This document shows, piece by piece, positions 57,290 to 64,000 of a DNA stretch of 64,000 bases. Source of the stretch: Chrysomallon squamiferum (Eukaryota > Animalia > Mollusca); assembly GCA_012295275.1 (NCBI GenBank), contig CM022674.1:10416001-10480000 (forward strand), read 5' to 3'. The notes under the pieces were generated by a model that worked only from the letters and a program-made list of their open reading frames with translations, had not been told where the DNA came from and searched no databases. Position 1 is the stretch's first letter; each line of letters opens with the position of its first letter. The position numbers and the translations under genes were made by a program.

Positions 57290-58189
57290 AGACAGAGAGG
57301 CAGAGTGCATGCATGTGTATATGTGTGATGGATATATAATTATGTACATACACAAAAAAGGTGAGTGATAGTGTGATGATTTGTTATAATTTATTTGTAG
57401 ATGAACCTTTGGCAAAGATAGGCAACAACAAGAGATCACACTAGCTCCTTCTATTAGCAGTATCAAAGTTGCAGTATAACACTATATAGGATATTCACTT
57501 TATATCAGCAAAGATGAAGGAAGAACAGTTAGATCAGTACTTGTATGTCAACTCAGGCCTGAAGCAAAGAAAACTTTACAACCTGTCCAACCTGATTTCT
57601 GCACTGAGCCACACAACAACAAAACCAGTCATCTTTTCAGTTGTTGCAGGATAAGCAAGCAACTACCAACCTGAAACACTGGACAGTATTTACTTTCAGA
57701 ATTGTTTGATGAACCTTTTACATCTGTCAGTAAGGAAAAGTTAATTATTGTCAGAATGTGTTCTTCGAAATCTGATAGTAAGGAAGAGGCACTGAATTAC
57801 AAAACTAACACAAAGTTAAAATCAAACAACAATGAAATGATAGATGAGCAACTATGTTTAAACAAGGTGAATTCTTGAAACAGAGATAAATATTTATTAA
57901 TGAGCAGTTTTGCACGGAAATGATGGAAAAGATAGGAGATTTTTTTTTTTTAAACTGGCACTATTACCAGAACTTGTTGGAAACTGCACTCAAAACACAT
58001 TTTGCGCTATATATTATATCTTTCGGCATCCTGAATGAGAACTGTAAGGAATTCAAGAAGAAAATATGAAAAAGAAAAACAAAGACAGTAAATTAAATAT
58101 GTTTGTAATGGTTTTGTATCCCAAATTTTATGATGAAAAATTAAAAATAAACAAGTTGCTATTAATTATTATTATTATGTTTTCCTGTT

Positions 58190-59447
58190 GAAGATGATTA
58201 GAAAATGTACAGGGTAACTTTAAAGAAAAACTTAGTGTAAGAAAATATACAGGTTATCTTTAATCTAAAACTTATTATTAGAAAATATACAGTGTAATGT
58301 TAAACAAAAAAACTTTTTATTAGAAATATACAGTGAAACTTTAATCAAAAATGTATTATTTAGAAAACATACTGAACAAATTTAAAACAAAAAATAATAA
58401 TACTAAAAAGGACGAACTGATTGAAAATATACAGGGCAACGTTAAGCAAAAAACATTTATTAGGAATATGCAGTGAAACTTTAAACAAAAGCATATTACT
58501 GGCAAATACACAGGTAACTGAAATCAAAAACAGATAATTAGAAAATATAAAGGATTTCTTTAAACAAATATGTATTATTAGTAATATATAGGATAACTTT
58601 AAAAAGAAACGTATTATTAGAAATATAGAGTAAAATTTAAAACAAAAAAGTGTTATTTGGAATATATACTGTGTGATATTAATAAAAAAATGATTTGTTA
58701 GAAATGAATAGTGAAGGTTTAAAGAAAAATGTATTATTAGAAAATATACATGATAACTTGAAACAAAAACGTATAATTAGAAAATATGCAGGATGACTTT
58801 GAACAAAAAACGTATTATTAAGAAATATACACGATATATTTAGACAGAAACGTATTATTATAAAATATACAGGTCAACTTTAATCAAAAATATACAATTA
58901 GAAAATATACAATTAGAAAATATACAGGATGACGTTAAAGAAAAAGTATTGTAAGAAAATATACAGGATATTTTTAATGCAAAAGGTATTATTAGAAAAC
59001 ATACAGTGTAATGTTGAACAAAAAACGTTTTATTAGAAATATACAGGGAAACTTTAAACAAAAACATCTTACTAGAAAATATACTCGACAACTTTAAAAT
59101 AATAATAATAATTATAATAAATAAAAAATGAAACTCGAATTGCTTGAAAATATACTGGGTAACGTTAAACAAAATAGATTTATTAAAAATATGCAGCGAA
59201 ACTTTAAACGGAAACGTATTATTGGAAAATATGCAGGTTAACTTTGAACAAAAATGTATTATTAGAAAATATACTTTAAAGGGTAACTTTAAAGAAAACC
59301 GTATTGTAACAAAATATACAGGATATCTTTAATGTAAAACGTATTATTAGAATATTTACAGTGTAATGTTATACAAAATCGTTTTATTAGAAATATACAG
59401 AGAAATTTAAACAAAAAACGTATTACTAGAAAATATACTGGACCAAT

Positions 59448-59503
<56 letters not shown>

Positions 59504-60110
59504 CCACGAATTGCTCGAAAATATACAGGGTAACGTTAAACAAAACAGATTTATTAGAAATATACACTGAAACTTTAAACAAAAAACGTATTATTGGCAA
59601 ATATACACGTAATTTTAATCAAAAACAGATAATTAGAAAATATAAAGGATTTCTTTAAACAAATATGTATTATTAGTAATATATAGAACAGCTTTAAACA
59701 GAAACGTATTATTAGAAATATAGAGTAAAAGTTTAAACCAAAACGTTTGATTAGGAATATATAATGGATAACGTTAAACAAAATGCGTATTATTGGAAAA
59801 TATACAGCATGTATTTGGATACAAACGTATTATTAGAAAATATACAGGATAACTTTAAACAACAACGTATGATTAGAAATATGCAGTGAAAGTAAACAGA
59901 AATATATTATTAGGAAAATATACTGGATAGTGTTAAACAAAATACGTATTACTAAAAATATATAGGGTAACATTAAACAAAAACGTATTATTGGAAAATA
60001 TACAAGATAACTTTCAACAAAAGATGTATTATTGGAAATATGCAATCTAACTTTAAAGAGAAATGTATTGTTCGAAATATATAGTAAAGTTTTAAACAAA
60101 AACATATTAT
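58190..60110. repeat. AT-rich ~40 bp degenerate minisatellite with higher-order blocks
   Basis: Unit like ttattagaaaatatacaggataactttaaacaaaaacgta; longer blocks recur near 58210, 58930 and 59280. Confidence 0.88.
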
Positions 60111-60330
60111 TGATATATCTTAATAACCTGTTTATAATCTAATATAATCTTCATTGTATAATGTGTCAAATCCTCACAGTCAGGCAGTCTGTTTTCTTAT
60201 GTTTATTCAATTGAGATGACAACTTGTCTTGTCCTTCATCAGGCATGTTGGGAGATAACCCAAAATCGACTGCACAACATCGATCGCAGGATTGACTAGA
60301 AGTTATTTTCGTGTGTTGTTCGTACGAAAT

Positions 60331-60402
60331 CGGATGGTGTCGTGGTTAGAATTCACGCTCGGTACGCTCGCTGCTTGGAGTTCGAATCCTCACACGCTCG
60401 GA
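60331..60402 (+). mobile_element. tRNA-derived SINE head or pseudo-tRNA
   Basis: A-box-like tggtgtcgtgg and B-box-like gagttcgaatcc at tRNA-like spacing; no clean cloverleaf seen by eye. Confidence 0.5.
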
Positions 60403-60489
60403 TAATTTACATTTCATTTCTCATTCCAGGTGATGTCGGTAATTAAGGTAAGTTCAGGTGGATATCAAGGTAAGTTAGATAAACGTCAA

Positions 60490-60775
60490 CAGTAGTAGAG
60501 TTAGTAGTAATAATAGTAGTACTGGAAATAGTAGGGCTAGTAAAGGCTCGTAATAATAGCAGTGGAAATGGTAGAGCTAGTAATAATAGTAGTATTGAAA
60601 TGGTAGGGCTAGTAATAATTGTAATATTAGTATTGGTAATGGAAAAAGTATTGGAACTAATAATAGTAGTACTGGAAATAGTAAGAGTAGTGCTGGAAAT
60701 AGTAGGACTAGTAATAATAGTAGTACTGGAAACAGTACGGCTATTAATTATAGTTGTGGAAATAGTGGCAATGTT
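60490..60775. repeat. ~30 bp degenerate minisatellite (agtaataatagtagtactggaaatagtagggct)
   Basis: Visible tandem units. Confidence 0.75.
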
Positions 60776-60959
60776 TCAGAATAATATTTAATATGTGCGA
60801 CGGTATAAAATCAAGAACTGAAATGTAATATTTTCCTTGGAATAAGGGGAAAACGTCATCTTTTTTATTTTCATTATACTTAAATGATTTTAGAGATTGT
60901 TTCCCTAAATAAAACTGAAACGGTATTAAATCGGTAACAGATTTTTTCTCGCTAAAATA

Positions 60960-61860
60960 TTAACATATATCTGAAGTTATTTTAGAAGTTATATAGTGAT
61001 GATACTGTACAATTAGGAGAAGGAACAGATGATTTACAACATCACGTGCACTGTCTTGAAATGAATTGTAAAACGTGGAAATTAAAAGTTAATGTTCCCG
61101 TGTCAAAAATTATGATTTTCTTTCCACAGGAAAATTAAAAACAGATTTATATATAAACATATTGAAATAGAAATTGTTGCTGAGGTTTATCTATCGACTG
61201 TTAGTCAGATTAGTTTGACAAAATTGTGAAACCAATATTGTTACATGCACAGAAATCAGGAGTTTTCAATATTGCAATATAACTGAAAGATATCATCTCA
61301 CGTTTATCAAATATATAGTATGTGTTAACAAGTCAACACCAAGATATATGGTTTATGGTGAATTATGCAGATATCCATTGTCTATAAATGTTACAGTAAA
61401 AATGTTTACAATTTGGGCAAACATTGCTAACTGTAAAGAGTATAAACTGTCTCGTATATTATAAATGTTGTTATCTTATAACCATAGTATGAATGCTTCT
61501 GTAATAGCTTATATTATGTTTCTAATATTAGATGAATGTGTTTATGAAGTATATATTCGTGTGTTCAAGTAAATGTTTTGCGCCAATTAAAAATGTTAGA
61601 ACTTTATTTAAAGTTAATAATGTCAAGCTTCCTATACAAACTGGTACACGGTTCAATATTGAAACACAGAAAATATCACTTATGCAATTTCGATATTGGT
61701 GATGAGTTTCTCTGTATATTTAGGTGGACATTTTTATCTTTTCAGAGAAATAAATATATACCATAGTATTGTACATTTAGACCAAATACAATAACATTTC
61801 AACATATATTTTCTACAACAAAAATTACTTTTGTATAAACGTTCCTGAAATTTTCATATT
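60960..61860 (+). mobile_element. Decayed LINE reverse-transcriptase fragment
   Basis: LYSDDTV (YADD-like)..DDLQ..CKTWKLKVN..KIMIF and FDKIVKPILL. Confidence 0.75.
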
Positions 61861-61992
61861 GTCATTGAAAGAGTAATCTTGCGGATTATGTTATACTTAT
61901 CGTTATTATTATAACTGTGTTTTGTTTGTATGTTCTCAATACTGCACGCGGTGCAATCATAATTTTTCACTTGTCTCTTGACTTACTTATTC

Positions 61993-63816
61993 CTAGATAC
62001 ACGTGATTTCCGTCACCACTAGATGGCGTGTTGCATACTGTGATTCATTCTGACGTATTCGCTCGTAAATGCTACTTTCAGCATCTGTGTTGGAGACATG
62101 AAGATAAACATGGTCATCGTCGACTGCTGTATTAATATACTGTGCAGGACTCAGTTGTAGTTGTTCGTAGTCGTTACCACTGATGTTGACTGGACTAGGA
62201 GTCGCATCATCATTTCCGATATCAGTATTGTTAACGCTGATGTTGTTAACAGTGTTGTAGTAACTTACATCATTGGTGACGTTACCGTCGACGTTGTTTG
62301 AAGTCTGTTTACAGTTTGTTGACTTTCTTCTGCAGAAAATGTTTATTATTATTTTTAGTAGTAGTAGTAGTAGTATCATTATTATCATCATTATTAGTAT
62401 TATCTTCATCATCATTATCAATGTTAGTATCGTTATTATCACTATTATTATTACTATTATCATTGTTATTCTTTTTATTATTCTTATTCTTATTATTACT
62501 ACTGCTATTACTACTATTACTACTACTACTACTACTACTGCTGCTGCTATTATTACAGTGTTACTATCATTATTATTTATCATCATTATCATCTCATCAT
62601 CACATAATCAAAATCATTATAAATCATTGTTATTTCTACCATTAATATCATCATTGTCAGTATAAATATTTATTATTGTTATTATTACTATTATTGTTAT
62701 ATTTATTATCATTATAAATAATTATTATTGTTATTATTACTGTTATTGTTATAACTAATATCATTATAAATTATTATTATTATTATTATTATTATTATAG
62801 TCAGTGTTGTTATTGTTATTACTATCATTATAAATTATTATCATCATCACTATCATCTTCTCCATCATTATTGTCATTATTATGAATTAAGAAATAAAAG
62901 AAATTTCATATTAATTAAACCAAACGTACATGTATGTGTCTCTGCACGTGTTTGCGTGTCTGTTTGTGATGAGAGCGTGCGTGCGTATATAAAACAACAT
63001 AATGAGTTTAATGCGAATTAGTCACTATTTTACCTGTGGTAAATAATGACAGCGGCCACAACAGCAGCAAACAGTCCTACACCGGCAACACCTCCAACAA
63101 CGGCTGCAACTGAAGAATTAAAACCGATATGGGCTTTAACTACAGCAGTGACTTACGAATTGACCCTCCCCTTTTAACTTGTGGGCTCAAAACAAAAATA
63201 TTTGCCCTGCTCACGATTTGAATACATGTCATGCTGTCTTAACTTTTTCGATTAAATGGAAAGGATTGCTTAAATACATATGACATAACCAGCAGAAAAC
63301 AAATAAATAAAGATAGAATATACGAATTAAGTGTACAGTATTACATATAGCTCAGAAGGGCTGTTCTGAACTTGCCATGCTTATCGGTGATCAGTTAAGC
63401 TTAGCACAGAAGATCGTGCTGTCAAATGAATCTTACGATATAAGAAACCATGAATATTTGAATGTGTGCTGCTTAAACCCTGATATTACGAATAGGGTCT
63501 GCTTATCCCCTGTTACGATTTGTAGGGTCTTAAATTTGGTGTAGCTAATAACAACAATTACTAAAATCTTCAGTGATATGTCGAAACAAACACTGATTAG
63601 TGGATTCCTTTACAACTCACACATTCCGAAAAATCTCTATCTTATAATACCTGGAAACGAGTTATCTTCTGCATATGATTCTGCAGCAAATGATGAAGTA
63701 GATGCTGTTTTTCCTTCACTGTTGATGTCTGGATATATTGGTGACGTCGGTTCCGGGGTTCTGGCTGTTGATGTGCGTGTGGTTGTCGTGGTTAGATGGT
63801 TGTGTGGCGAAAAGCA
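61993..63816 (-). CDS. 3' end of a type I membrane receptor: stalk exon 63816-63651, TM exon 63109-63034, cytoplasmic exon 62329-61993
   Basis: Phase-compatible GT-AG exons: T/S/P-rich stalk, TM VAAVVGGVAGVGLFAAVVAAVIIY then HRRK stop-transfer, tail with SYYNTV, DYEQL, VYLHV, SIYERI, ending EITCI*. Confidence 0.8.
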
Positions 63817-64000
63817 CTGGACACTTAAATTGCCTGTTTAATAGCAAACATGTTTGTAATATAAATAGGTTACTATTGTTGTTGATGTTGTTATTGATAT
63901 TATTATTATCATCATCATCTCCATCATCGTCGTATCTGTCGTATTATTAATGTCAGCAACATCATTAGCACATCATACAAATTCTTGTTTTTGTTTTGTT

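Noticed and set aside
57401-57866. Exon-like stretch after the PCSK7 relic
   Set aside because: Acceptor and donor are present but the frames read contain stops and no convertase motif was found.
60331-60402. Functional tRNA gene
   Set aside because: A and B boxes are present but acceptor and anticodon stems could not be paired convincingly; kept only as SINE-like.

Overview
AT-rich, microsatellite-dense, intron-containing animal DNA. The gene and transposon content suggests a lophotrochozoan, probably a mollusc (inference). Most ORFs in the supplied track are low-complexity artefacts, so genes were rebuilt by hand from GT-AG boundaries and exon phase. Contents: (1) two tandem + strand caspase paralogs with QACQG active sites. 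Copy 1 is partial (252-3464). Copy 2 is a complete 8-exon, 438-aa CARD-caspase (15536-22130) with three diverged internal exon duplications, an inverted intron segment, an upstream Gypsy relic and an IRF-type motif. (2) A truncated LRR-type gene (+) meeting tail-to-tail a minus-strand single-pass receptor kinase with an MRH-like ectodomain that lacks several exons. (3) A SAM-like relic, an intronless relic with USP-like and Ulp1-like protease motifs, and a PCSK7-like pseudogene next to a 200-N gap. (4) The 3' end of a type I receptor with ITIM-like tyrosines and a PDZ-type C-terminus. (5) LINE, Tc1, MITE, hAT-like and SINE-like relics and several minisatellites. All family calls are by motif recognition; no database search was run.
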